Below are positions 36,743 to 45,307 of a stretch of 64,000 bases of DNA, piece by piece (position 1 is the first letter of the stretch; the number at the start of each line of letters is the position of its first letter). Under the pieces are notes generated by a model, which searched no databases, was not told where the DNA came from, and worked only from the letters and a program-made list of their open reading frames with translations. The position numbers were made by a program, and so were the translations under genes. The DNA is taken from contig CAZDWN010000003.1 in assembly GCA_964509365.1 (NCBI GenBank), forward strand, positions 134,412 to 198,411. Reading direction: 5' to 3'. The stretch comes from an uncultured Pseudomonadales bacterium. GTDB lineage: Bacteria > Patescibacteriota > Microgenomatia > UBA1400 > UBA12028.

Positions 36743-37459
36743 ATGAAAGGTATTATTCTCGCTGGCGGAGCTGGCACTCGATTGGCTCCTCTCACCAAAG
36801 TGACGAGCAAACAATTGCTTCCGATCTACAACAAGCCAATGATCTATTATCCATTGGAGACACTTCGCAGCGCCGGGATCACTGATATTTTGATCATCAT
36901 CGCTCCAGATCACGCTGGAGACTTTTTGAAGCTATTAGGCTCTGGTCGCGAATTTGGATGCCGCTTTTCATATGAAGTGCAGGAAAAACCGGATGGTCTT
37001 GCGCAAGCATTTATCATCGGTGAAAAATTCATTGCGGGAGACGACGTCACCCTCATTCTTGGTGACAATTTGTTCCAGGACGACTTCTCCGAATCGATCA
37101 AATCATTTCAATCTGGCGCTCGCGTGTTTGCGAAGCAAGTCCCGGATCCAAAACGATTTGGTGTCGTCGCATTTGATGAGAATCGAAAAGCGACGTCAAT
37201 CGTCGAAAAGCCAACAGAGCCAGCCTCTGATTATGCGGTGACCGGACTCTATATCTATGATAAGACCGTCGTGGAAAAAGCCAAAGCGTTGAAGCCATCG
37301 GCTCGCGGTGAGCTTGAGATCACTGATCTCAATAACGTTTACTTGCAGGAAGGCTCGCTCGATGTCGCCTTTGTCGAAGGCAAGTGGCTCGACACCGGGA
37401 CTTTCGAAAGTCTCTTTGAAGCAATCACCTTGGCAAGAGAAAAAGAACTAGGCAAGTAA
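36743..37459 (+). CDS. sugar-1-phosphate nucleotidyltransferase (short RmlA/glucose-1-phosphate thymidylyltransferase-like)
   Basis: [41 protein letters not shown] nucleotidyltransferase N-terminus; 238 aa. Confidence 0.65.
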   Translation: MKGIILAGGAGTRLAPLTKVTSKQLLPIYNKPMIYYPLETLRSAGITDILIIIAPDHAGDFLKLLGSGREFGCRFSYEVQEKPDGLAQAFIIGEKFIAGDDVTLILGDNLFQDDFSESIKSFQSGARVFAKQVPDPKRFGVVAFDENRKATSIVEKPTEPASDYAVTGLYIYDKTVVEKAKALKPSARGELEITDLNNVYLQEGSLDVAFVEGKWLDTGTFESLFEAITLAREKELGK

Positions 37460-37461
37460 TA

Positions 37462-37480
37462 ATTTGTCATTGGTCATTTG
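37462..37480 (+). repeat. 19-nt exact repeat copy A (ATTTGTCATTGGTCATTTG) within a TTGNCAT heptad array
   Basis: Intergenic AATTTGTCAT TGGTCAT TTGAACAT TTGTCAT GTTTTCAT immediately upstream of the four-helix-bundle gene. Identical 19-mer at 41246-41264. Confidence 0.5.
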
Positions 37481-37498
37481 AACATTTGTCATGTTTTC

Positions 37499-37894
37499 AT
37501 GAGTAATGAACTCAAATCAGTTTCGAGACAAAAAACAGAGCAACTCCTCGATCGCTGCACCACCTTCGCTGAGAGCGTTGTCTCAGTTCTTCGAAGTATA
37601 AAAGTTAACCCAGTTAACAGAAGGATAATTGAGCAATGCGCTGCGTCAGCTGGCTCAATAGGGGCAAATTATTGTGAAGCAACTGAAGCTGAAAGCAAAC
37701 GTGACTTCGTCCATAAGATTGGCATCGCCAGTAAAGAAATAAAGGAAACTCGTCATTGGCTTCGAATTTTAGCTACGACAAATCCTGAGGAGCTTGCCAA
37801 TTGGAGAAGACTCTGGAAAGAGGCGACAGAATTACTTCTTATATTTTCCTCAATTCTTTGGACATCGAAGAAAAAAATGGCAAATGAAAAGTGA
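37499..37894 (+). CDS. four-helix-bundle protein (TIGR02436 / 23S rRNA intervening-sequence protein family)
   Basis: IGANYCEATEAESKRDFVHKIGIASKEIKETRHWLRIL matches the family motif GxAxNIxEG...KEarET.yWL. Confidence 0.6.
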   Translation: MSNELKSVSRQKTEQLLDRCTTFAESVVSVLRSIKVNPVNRRIIEQCAASAGSIGANYCEATEAESKRDFVHKIGIASKEIKETRHWLRILATTNPEELANWRRLWKEATELLLIFSSILWTSKKKMANEK

Positions 37895-37913
37895 TCAACT
37901 GATCAAATAGCCT

Positions 37914-38855
37914 CTATCCAATTCCGTAGATTAAGAGCATGGTTGCGGCGCCCCAGAGGCCTGCAGTGATGAGAAGTGGGCGATCGCGAAGAAGTACACG
38001 CTCTGGACTCTCACCTTCATTACTTTCGTACACGAGTTGCAGGTAACGCATCACTCCAAAAATCACGAGTGGGACAGTGATCATCAGCCATTTCTCCGAG
38101 ACAAAAGTCCGTGGCAGTCGAGCGAATAAGCTCACAAACAGCACACCTTGCGGCTTAAACTCATTGCGCTGAAATGTATACAGCGCGTACGTAAGCCAAG
38201 TCGTATTAGCAAACATACCCACATAGACATCAAGTAGTCGCTGCGTGTAGTGAGACAGCGTCTCGCGATGTTTTGAGAGATCTTCGCCATATCCGCGAAG
38301 GAGCGTTCGTTCGCTTTGGCGTTTGCCGACGGCAAGAAAGAGTGACGCTGAGATGACCGTGAGCAGGAACCACACACTCATATGCAAGTTCACGACGACA
38401 GCTCCAGCATAGACTCTGATCAAGAAACCAGCGGCGATGATCATCACATCAATAATAGGGACGTGCTTGAGTTTGTAGGTGTATGCCAGATGCAACAAGA
38501 TGTACGCAATTCCGAGGAAAAAGAAAAACGTCGAGATCATAAACGCCCAGATCATAGCGACGGTGATGAGCGCGATGGCCAATCCCCATGCGACTTTCGC
38601 TGAGAGCTGTCCCGATGCAATCGGACGCTTTTTCTTAAACGGATGGAGGCGATCTTGCGGTGCATCGATAATGTCGTTGATCAAATACACGCTCGACGAG
38701 AGCATACAAAAGATCACGACGCCAATCGACACAAATTGGAAATATCCGGGTTCAAAGAAAAAGCCAGAAAACACGAGTGCCGCGTAGAGGGAGAAGTTCT
38801 TTATCCACTGTCGCGGTCTGATCTCACGAAGAATGATAACCCCAAGCGAAGCCAT
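37914..38855 (-). CDS. UbiA-family prenyl-phosphate phosphoribosyltransferase (decaprenyl-phosphate phosphoribosyltransferase / DPPR-synthase-like)
   Basis: YLINDIIDAPQDRLHPFKKKRPIASGQLS matches the DPPR-synthase motif NDxxDxxxDRxHPxKxxRPIAxG; about 8 TM helices. Start at the internal MASLGVII (38855) overlaps the upstream gene by 55 nt. Confidence 0.55.
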   Translation of the reverse strand: MASLGVIILREIRPRQWIKNFSLYAALVFSGFFFEPGYFQFVSIGVVIFCMLSSSVYLINDIIDAPQDRLHPFKKKRPIASGQLSAKVAWGLAIALITVAMIWAFMISTFFFFLGIAYILLHLAYTYKLKHVPIIDVMIIAAGFLIRVYAGAVVVNLHMSVWFLLTVISASLFLAVGKRQSERTLLRGYGEDLSKHRETLSHYTQRLLDVYVGMFANTTWLTYALYTFQRNEFKPQGVLFVSLFARLPRTFVSEKWLMITVPLVIFGVMRYLQLVYESNEGESPERVLLRDRPLLITAGLWGAATMLLIYGIG

Positions 38856-39841
38856 GTGCCAATCATACACACGATCGCTAGAATTAGCAAAATAGTGAAT
38901 ATTTTTTGCCCGCTCGTCAGCTGCAATGAGATCAAACCGAGTATAAAAGCACTCAACCAATACAACATGGCTACTTGGTTTTTGCTGTAGCCGCGATCCA
39001 GCAGCGCGTGATGCAGATGAGAACGATCTCCCCAAAACGGTGATTTTTTGTGAGCTATACGCCTAGCTATCACATAGACAGCGTCAGCCATTGGGACGGC
39101 GAGGACGAGCATCGCGGTCGCAAGCTTAGCTCCCGAGAGAATAGAAAGGACAGCGAGTAAGAAACCTGCCAATGTGCTGGCTCCAAATCCTGCCATCATT
39201 TTTTGAGGGAATTTATTCCAGTATAAAAATCCAAGGTATGCTCCGGCTGTCAGAATCGAAAACGTGAAAACGACATGCTGCTTTGGATCCGGGAAAAAAC
39301 GAGTGGAGAGTGCTGCGATCGTCAACGCAGCGATGGCGACGTAGCCTGGCATCTGTCCATCGAGCCCAGTCGAAAAATTCACTATGTTCATGCACCACAC
39401 AATCCAGACGACCGCGAGTACTGATGAGATGAGTGCTACTTGCGAGAAGACGATGACTCCTCCAAATGGGTTGGTAATGTATGGGATCGTCAGCCCAAAT
39501 AAAATGGGGATGACTGCAGCGACAATTTGAAAGCCAAGGCGAAGGATCGGATGCGGATCGGCAATATCATCCCAAGTACCGATGAGAATAAGTAGCAGAA
39601 TTGAGAGACAAATGCCGATGATGAGTGGAGAGATTGGTATGAAGAACGGAATGCTTGCAAGGATAGCGATGCCAGCGACGAGACCGCCACCACGCGCCAA
39701 CGGTCGCGTGTGAATCACTTTTGGATGATTCGTCTTTGTTGGATCATCGAGCCAGTGATGTTTGGTGTAGATGCGAATGACGAGAGGACCGAGGAGGAGG
39801 GCAAAAATCAGTGGGACTAGAAAAGAGAGAACAAGTATCAT
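38801..39841 (-). CDS. MraY/WecA-family polyprenyl-phosphate N-acetylhexosamine-1-phosphate transferase (glycosyltransferase family 4, initiating enzyme)
   Basis: HPKVIHTRPLARGGGLVAGI, IGTWDDIADP and NIVNFSTGLDG motifs; about 10 TM helices. Start at MILVLSF with an ATGA start/stop overlap to the upstream gene. Confidence 0.65.
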   Translation of the reverse strand: MILVLSFLVPLIFALLLGPLVIRIYTKHHWLDDPTKTNHPKVIHTRPLARGGGLVAGIAILASIPFFIPISPLIIGICLSILLLILIGTWDDIADPHPILRLGFQIVAAVIPILFGLTIPYITNPFGGVIVFSQVALISSVLAVVWIVWCMNIVNFSTGLDGQMPGYVAIAALTIAALSTRFFPDPKQHVVFTFSILTAGAYLGFLYWNKFPQKMMAGFGASTLAGFLLAVLSILSGAKLATAMLVLAVPMADAVYVIARRIAHKKSPFWGDRSHLHHALLDRGYSKNQVAMLYWLSAFILGLISLQLTSGQKIFTILLILAIVCMIGTWLRLGLSFFVRSDRDSG

Positions 39842-40158
39842 ATGGTGATCACCACAATATGGATGAGTGCAACGACTAAAATTGCGAGGGGTACCAGTGA
39901 TGACCACAAAATAATTCGACCAAATGTCGCATCCATTTTTTTTGTTAGTCGGATAAAAAAGACGTGAAGCAGTGCAATGAAGATCACCGCAACTGGAAAT
40001 ACAAACAAAAATGCTTTTTGATCAAGCTGTTGTTCCGAGACTGGGAGTGAGTACCACAAAGGGATTTGATTTGGTCCAAAGAAGAAACCAACGGCGCTGA
40101 CCGCGAGCGTGAGCACTGAGACGAAAATGAACACTACCTCTTTTGAGTTCCATTTCAT
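39838..40158 (-). CDS. small membrane protein
   Basis: 106 aa with 3 TM helices; translationally coupled (ATGA) to the MraY-like gene. Confidence 0.35.
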   Translation of the reverse strand: MKWNSKEVVFIFVSVLTLAVSAVGFFFGPNQIPLWYSLPVSEQQLDQKAFLFVFPVAVIFIALLHVFFIRLTKKMDATFGRIILWSSLVPLAILVVALIHIVVITI

Positions 40159-40178
40159 AGTGAATCTCTAGAGTATAC

Positions 40179-41753
40179 CTAGTGGAGGTCTATTTTGCGA
40201 TAGGTCACGAATGGGGCGATCGAAGCGACTTGCACGTATTGACCGGTCATGTACGCAGCCAATCCCGGATAGGGAGTCTTGTAGTTTGTATCGATGACAA
40301 TATATTTTGGCTTCATTTTTTCAAGGGCTTCGGTCGTCACATCAAATCCATTGAAATCTTGGATGTGGTAACTACTCGTATATTTCCCCGGTGGCAATCT
40401 TCTCGAGAGTGCATAGATCATCGGATAATCTCCCCACACAAAAATCCGATCGTCGGGAGTCGTCTGCGCTGCAATTCGCTCTGACGTCGCATACATCGCT
40501 GGAAGATTTGGATCAAAATGCGCATAGTATCGGTCTTTTGTCTGCCTGCGCGTGACAAACGAAATGTAGTTTTGATAGTACGGCATCAATGGATAGTACC
40601 AGAATTTGATCGCCCAAATCCCATAGATCCCGATGACCAGCGCGGTCACTGCAGTAAGGATTGGAAGGAGTCGTACTCCTTTGGAGTGCTGCAAGAGAGA
40701 TTGTCCAAGAAAGACGACGAGCAACGAAGCTGGAGGGATCACTTGGATCAAGTAGTGAGGATAGGGCCGCTCAGCTAAGAAAGCTCCAAAAAGAGTCGCC
40801 GCAAACCACATTGCTAAAAATGTGAGTTTGTTTCCGTTCTTTTTTGAGAGAAGTAGCAATGCAATCATCGCGATCCCAAATCCCACCGCTCGATTTTTCA
40901 GTCCTGATGATCCGACATTGCTTGCGGCATGCGTGCCAGTCGCCCAAGATGATAAGTATCCGATGTTTTGAGCAAATGCAGCACTCACATATTCTTTGCC
41001 GACACCCTTGGCACTGTAATACGCAAAGGAGAGGAGAATAGGAAGGAGGAAGGCCATCGAAAAAGAGATAAGTGGCAAGAGATAAGAGCCAAGATGAAAA
41101 TCTCTTTTTTGTACACGCCAAACAGTGAATGGCACAACGATCAAAAAGAAAAAGCCGGCGGCAAACGCATCAAAGAGCGATGGAACTTTGATCAAAAATG
41201 CAAGCGAAAAAAAGAAACCGGAGAGCACAATATTTTTCATTTGCCATTTGTCATTGGTCATTTGTCTCCATAGGAGGTACATCCCGACTATGGCAGGCAT
41301 CACCATGAAGATCTCCCCATTGGCGATTGCGCCTTCCGCGAAAAACGGGATGATCGCAAAAAGCACAGTTGCGATCGTAGAGTAAGTCACTCTTGGAAAT
41401 TGGATTCCCCCGATACTCGTAAACCCAGGGTGATCTGCGTCATCCAATAGCAGATGTGCCAGTCGTTCAAATGCGACGATCGCGACGCTATTCCATGCGA
41501 GTAAAAAAAATCGAAACCAGAAGACGGAACCAGTGAGCGCCGCCATGAAGTAGATCACCGGTGGCTTGTTGTCATGAATATCTTTGTACAGTGTCAGCCC
41601 ATGTCGGATCGCATTGCCGAGCGTGAGATAGATCCCTTCGTCACCGTACCAATAGGGTTCGAGGAGGCTCGGGAGCCTCAGGATCGCACACGCACACAGT
41701 ATCCAAATCAAATATTCATGTCGAAGTAAGAAAGCTTTTATTTTTAGAGGCAT
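40179..41753 (-). CDS. GT-C family membrane glycosyltransferase (ArnT/PMT-like, GT39/GT83-type)
   Basis: First-loop motif WYGDEGIYLTLGNAI (the DE motif of ArnT/PMT enzymes) and 11-13 TM helices. Confidence 0.6.
   Translation of the reverse strand: MPLKIKAFLLRHEYLIWILCACAILRLPSLLEPYWYGDEGIYLTLGNAIRHGLTLYKDIHDNKPPVIYFMAALTGSVFWFRFFLLAWNSVAIVAFERLAHLLLDDADHPGFTSIGGIQFPRVTYSTIATVLFAIIPFFAEGAIANGEIFMVMPAIVGMYLLWRQMTNDKWQMKNIVLSGFFFSLAFLIKVPSLFDAFAAGFFFLIVVPFTVWRVQKRDFHLGSYLLPLISFSMAFLLPILLSFAYYSAKGVGKEYVSAAFAQNIGYLSSWATGTHAASNVGSSGLKNRAVGFGIAMIALLLLSKKNGNKLTFLAMWFAATLFGAFLAERPYPHYLIQVIPPASLLVVFLGQSLLQHSKGVRLLPILTAVTALVIGIYGIWAIKFWYYPLMPYYQNYISFVTRRQTKDRYYAHFDPNLPAMYATSERIAAQTTPDDRIFVWGDYPMIYALSRRLPPGKYTSSYHIQDFNGFDVTTEALEKMKPKYIVIDTNYKTPYPGLAAYMTGQYVQVASIAPFVTYRKIDLH
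41246..41264 (+). repeat. 19-nt exact repeat copy B (ATTTGTCATTGGTCATTTG) within a TTGNCAT heptad array, inside coding sequence
   Basis: TTTTTCAT TTGCCAT TTGTCAT TGGTCAT TTGTCTCCAT. The reverse complement encodes QMTNDKWQM of the GT-C protein. Confidence 0.5.
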
Positions 41754-41768
41754 AGTGAACAGTTGTGA

Positions 41769-42290
41769 CTACGATTCTTCAATAATTTGCACTATTTCAA
41801 CTTTAGTTGAAAGTCTTGTGTTAGGCAAATAGAAAACGATCACTCTCACTGGTAGAGGAGAGGGTAGAGTTGCGAAGCTCATTAGTCTATCGTACTGGAA
41901 CTTTGAAATATGAACGCGAATGGGTTTAGACAAGTCTTGGAGCTTGATAAAATATTGCTGAAAAGTTCTTCCACCTCCTCCATGTATGACTTCCACAACA
42001 CCTTCATATCGTTGTTCAGAAGAAAATAGGTCTGCGAAGCCATTCTTTACTTGATTGGCTAGCAAGATAATAAACGTCAGAAGTACCGCAAAACCTAGGA
42101 GCGGACCTTGTGCATTCAGAAGTACAACAAAGAGTGATATGGCAGTAATAGAAGTTGCAAATGCTTCGATCCCTACGAGTGTTTTTAGACTGTCTGTAGA
42201 TATTTTCCCCAATATAAATGCAAAAACTATATCAAATATAAAATTTGTGAAAAAACCGAGTATGAAAAGTAAGTAAAACAGCTCGGTCAT
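41769..42290 (-). CDS. membrane-anchored hypothetical protein
   Basis: N-terminal hydrophobic region plus a soluble domain; 4-nt overlap with the upstream GT2. Confidence 0.35.
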   Translation of the reverse strand: MTELFYLLFILGFFTNFIFDIVFAFILGKISTDSLKTLVGIEAFATSITAISLFVVLLNAQGPLLGFAVLLTFIILLANQVKNGFADLFSSEQRYEGVVEVIHGGGGRTFQQYFIKLQDLSKPIRVHISKFQYDRLMSFATLPSPLPVRVIVFYLPNTRLSTKVEIVQIIEES

Positions 42291-43783
42291 ATCTTTTCAG
42301 TGACACGATATTCGAGGTACTTCCCGAGCATGAGTCGCGTGTGAGCGTCCAATCCAGGAAGGGCGGAGAAGAAGAACCCAAGGACAGGCAGCAGTAAAAA
42401 CTCAAACGGCTGCAAAATGCGATGGATGATTGATACTTCTTTTGGACGAGCGGGTCGGGAAAGCGCATCAATGATAAAGATGACGACAAGTGAGATCAAA
42501 GAGATTGTCATCAACGCACTACTGACTTGTGGGAGACGTTTGCCGATCGTAAAGCGATTGAACTCCTGGTTGAGAAGTGGCGGCAGAAGCGCTCCGATCG
42601 TGATCGCGAACCAGTTCACTGGCCAGAGGAAATGATCTTCGATCGTCTTAAACACCCGGATGGTCTTATCCCAAAATGGGACTCCTTCTGCTGTCGCCCA
42701 CATCTTGATGATGTATGCGTCATCACTCACCCCCCAAGCCCAACGTTTGATTTGTTCGTATTGATTGACCATGGTCGCCCAAAATCCGTGACTTTCGGCC
42801 GCATCAGCCATGATCGGTAAAAAGATCGGTTCGACTTCCAGGTCTCCTTTTTTCGCAAAATAGGCTTTGAAGAAAAATCGGTAATCCTCAGGGACCACAT
42901 CGACGTCCCAGTAGCCGATCTCGTCGACGAGCTTGAGTGACGTCGAGTAGGTCGAGAAATTGACCAAGCGATCTTGTCTCATCAAAATAAACATTTGAGT
43001 GACTGAGAACACAGAAGACATGACTCGGACGGGCGCGGGGACTACCCAAATATTGTTATAAAATCTGATACTTCCTTGCCAGATGCGATTGAATCGTTTT
43101 GGATTGCTGATGAAGTCGTATGTCAGACAGGCAAAGTATGAAGGGTGAAATAGCGCGTCTGCGTCTTCACTGGTGATCGTGATACTCTCGATCGGAAAGT
43201 GACGTTCATCGACGAGAATTTTCTTTGCGTGCCGTGCACCCCAGGCTGTATTTGAAGACTTTCCTTTCACTTCGCCATAGATATCAGGATGATAGGTCAT
43301 CCACAAATCACCAAAATATTTTCCAAATTTATCATTGAGTGCGTTGGCTTTTTCACGAGCTGGATCGCCTTCGCGATCTTCAAACGAGAGCATGACATGG
43401 ATGTTTTTGAGTGGATACGTTTGTTTGGTGAGCTCGGTAAGCGTGCGATCCAAAGTGTGCAAAGGTTCTTTGTACGTCGGGATGACAATAATGTGATGGA
43501 AATCCTTCCAATTGGAATATTTCTTCAGATCTGCTATCCAGTCAAATCTCGAGGCTGCGCGGATCTTGTAATATGCGATCGCTGCCAAAAAAGCGACGGA
43601 GAGCGAGCGAAACAGCCAATACACCGAGAACGCAATAATATAGTAGGCGACGATCTCAGGGACGAGGAACGAGCCCCAGACGGGAAAGAGGATTAATGAC
43701 CATGAGACAAACCCTGGAAGGATCTCCAGAAACCTTTGGCTTTTGACTGGATGACGATGAATGTACTGCTTTAGAGGCCACAT
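42287..43783 (-). CDS. membrane family-2 glycosyltransferase, processive synthase-like (QxxRW)
   Basis: IVIPTYKEPLHTLDRTL...SFEDREGD...QYEQIKRWAWG with flanking TM helices. Paralogous to the C-terminal domain of the 5723-7936 fusion protein. Confidence 0.6.
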   Translation of the reverse strand: MWPLKQYIHRHPVKSQRFLEILPGFVSWSLILFPVWGSFLVPEIVAYYIIAFSVYWLFRSLSVAFLAAIAYYKIRAASRFDWIADLKKYSNWKDFHHIIVIPTYKEPLHTLDRTLTELTKQTYPLKNIHVMLSFEDREGDPAREKANALNDKFGKYFGDLWMTYHPDIYGEVKGKSSNTAWGARHAKKILVDERHFPIESITITSEDADALFHPSYFACLTYDFISNPKRFNRIWQGSIRFYNNIWVVPAPVRVMSSVFSVTQMFILMRQDRLVNFSTYSTSLKLVDEIGYWDVDVVPEDYRFFFKAYFAKKGDLEVEPIFLPIMADAAESHGFWATMVNQYEQIKRWAWGVSDDAYIIKMWATAEGVPFWDKTIRVFKTIEDHFLWPVNWFAITIGALLPPLLNQEFNRFTIGKRLPQVSSALMTISLISLVVIFIIDALSRPARPKEVSIIHRILQPFEFLLLPVLGFFFSALPGLDAHTRLMLGKYLEYRVTEKI

Positions 43784-43801
43784 GAGTTCATTGTACTTCG
43801 T

Positions 43802-44254
43802 TTATTGTTTTTTTTCTGCTGACTTTGTGGCGTCGATGAGGACTTGCGTGCAGTACGCGACTTTCGCTTGGTTGACGACTGCGGCTGGAAGTTTCTCCAT
43901 TTGGGCACCAATCTGATCAGAGATCTTTTGGACATCAATCGTCACTTTAGGGTCGTTTGCATCTGTGGTGATGAGCGACGAAAGAGCAGAAGCGATCCCT
44001 GATCCCTTGTCTGAGATCGTCTGTCCGACGGCGCCGATTTTTTGAGTCGAGATACCTGCAACTTTGCCGGCAGCCGGAGTCGCACTTGCAGTACTATTTG
44101 CGATCTCGGCCAGTGATTTGATCGCAGGTTGCTTTGGAGCAAACTTTGAGGTCACCGACGAGAGTGAAAGATTTGGTGCCTTCACGACATGAAAGTGAAC
44201 TGCGGCAAACGCACCTCCACCGATGAGTGCCAAGACGATAAGGAGTTTGAGCAT
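43802..44254 (-). CDS. secreted hypothetical protein
   Basis: Signal peptide MLKLLIVLALIGGGAFA; Ala/Ser/Thr-rich. Confidence 0.35.
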   Translation of the reverse strand: MLKLLIVLALIGGGAFAAVHFHVVKAPNLSLSSVTSKFAPKQPAIKSLAEIANSTASATPAAGKVAGISTQKIGAVGQTISDKGSGIASALSSLITTDANDPKVTIDVQKISDQIGAQMEKLPAAVVNQAKVAYCTQVLIDATKSAEKKQ

Positions 44255-44269
44255 GGACTCACTCTATCA

Positions 44270-44545
44270 TTACCACACGAGTTTCTTCAATGGCTTGCCT
44301 GATTTGAAGTTGATGACTTTGTGACCTTTGATCGTCAGGCGTTTGTCTGACTTCCCAAATGGCACCACTTCTTTGTCTTTCACCTTTCCGAGCGAGAATG
44401 TGCCGAAGCCTGAAAGGACGACTTTTTCTCCTTTTTTGAGTGCTCGAGTCACCTCTTCCAAGAAGATCACGATAGCTTCTTCAGATGCTCGCTTTGGCAT
44501 ATGTGCTCGCTTCGAGACGATACCGATAAGTTGCGATTGGGTCAT
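44270..44545 (-). CDS. HU-family DNA-binding protein
   Basis: About 90 aa with LSGFGTFSLGKVKDKE beta-arm region. GGGAGGG RBS 8 nt upstream. Confidence 0.6.
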   Translation of the reverse strand: MTQSQLIGIVSKRAHMPKRASEEAIVIFLEEVTRALKKGEKVVLSGFGTFSLGKVKDKEVVPFGKSDKRLTIKGHKVINFKSGKPLKKLVW

Positions 44546-44591
44546 ATATTTACCCTCCCATACTAAAAATTACACTGTCACTCAATCCATT

Positions 44592-44620
44592 GGAGGACAG
44601 GTATATCATAATAAATTCAA
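44592..44620 (-). promoter_or_regulatory. sigma70-like promoter of the HU gene (TTGCAT-N17-TATACC)
   Basis: Read on the minus strand upstream of the HU RBS. Confidence 0.35.
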
Positions 44621-44689
44621 CGATGCAAATGTGAGAAAGGTGAGCTCATCAGCTAAATCTCAGCATTGATTCTCGATTGCTTCAGAAAT

Positions 44690-44736
44690 TAAAAAAGCCC
44701 CTTGGATCATTGCTGACCCTTGGGGCTTTTTTTGTT
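44690..44736. terminator. bidirectional intrinsic terminator (A-run / GC-rich stem / U-run)
   Basis: AAAAAAGCCCC...GGGGCTTTTTTTG. On the minus strand it serves the RRM-protein gene ending at 44761. Confidence 0.55.
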
Positions 44737-44760
44737 CAGTTCGAATGAAAAAACGAAGTA

Positions 44761-45183
44761 TTAGTTACTCCATCCTCCGCGGTCTCCACCTCGATCGGAA
44801 CGTCGGAAGTCACGACTTCCTCCATTTCCTCCTCGGTTATAACCACTTCCTCCACCACGACTGCCTCCGTTACTATATCCACCTCCGAAACCTCCGCGAT
44901 TTTCTCGTGGGGCTCGTGGTCGAGCAACGTTAACAACCATGTTTCGACCATCCCATTCCGTTTCGTTGAGAGCAGTGACTGCGGCGTTAGCCTCATCTGC
45001 TGATCCCATTGTCACGAAAGCGAAGCCTTTAGAACGACCGGTAAATTTATCGGTCATCACCATTGCTTCAACAACTGTACCAAATTGAGCGAATTTCTCG
45101 TTAATTTGATCGGTTGTGATGTTGTAAGACAAATTGCCAACAAAAAGTTTTGCTGGGTTTGCTGCTTGTGCATTTGCGTCCAT
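44761..45183 (-). CDS. RRM-domain RNA-binding protein with Gly/Arg-rich tail
   Basis: RNP-2 LFVGNLSYN and RNP-1 KGFAFVTM; C-terminal RGG/GGY repeats. AGGTGGTG RBS. Confidence 0.65.
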   Translation of the reverse strand: MDANAQAANPAKLFVGNLSYNITTDQINEKFAQFGTVVEAMVMTDKFTGRSKGFAFVTMGSADEANAAVTALNETEWDGRNMVVNVARPRAPRENRGGFGGGYSNGGSRGGGSGYNRGGNGGSRDFRRSDRGGDRGGWSN

Positions 45184-45307
45184 TATGTGTTCACCACCTT
45201 TCCTGTCAGACTTGTACTGGCTTCACACATCTTGGGCGCAAAAGCGCGAGGAGTAGAAAGCACACGAATACTAGCGATAGTATAGCATATTTGCTACCAT
45301 TACCCCT

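Noticed and set aside
44328-44669. ORF 44328-44669(+) (113 aa)
   Set aside because: It is antisense to the HU gene and its promoter/RBS region. It has no RBS and its content is Ser/Thr/Phe-rich nonsense.
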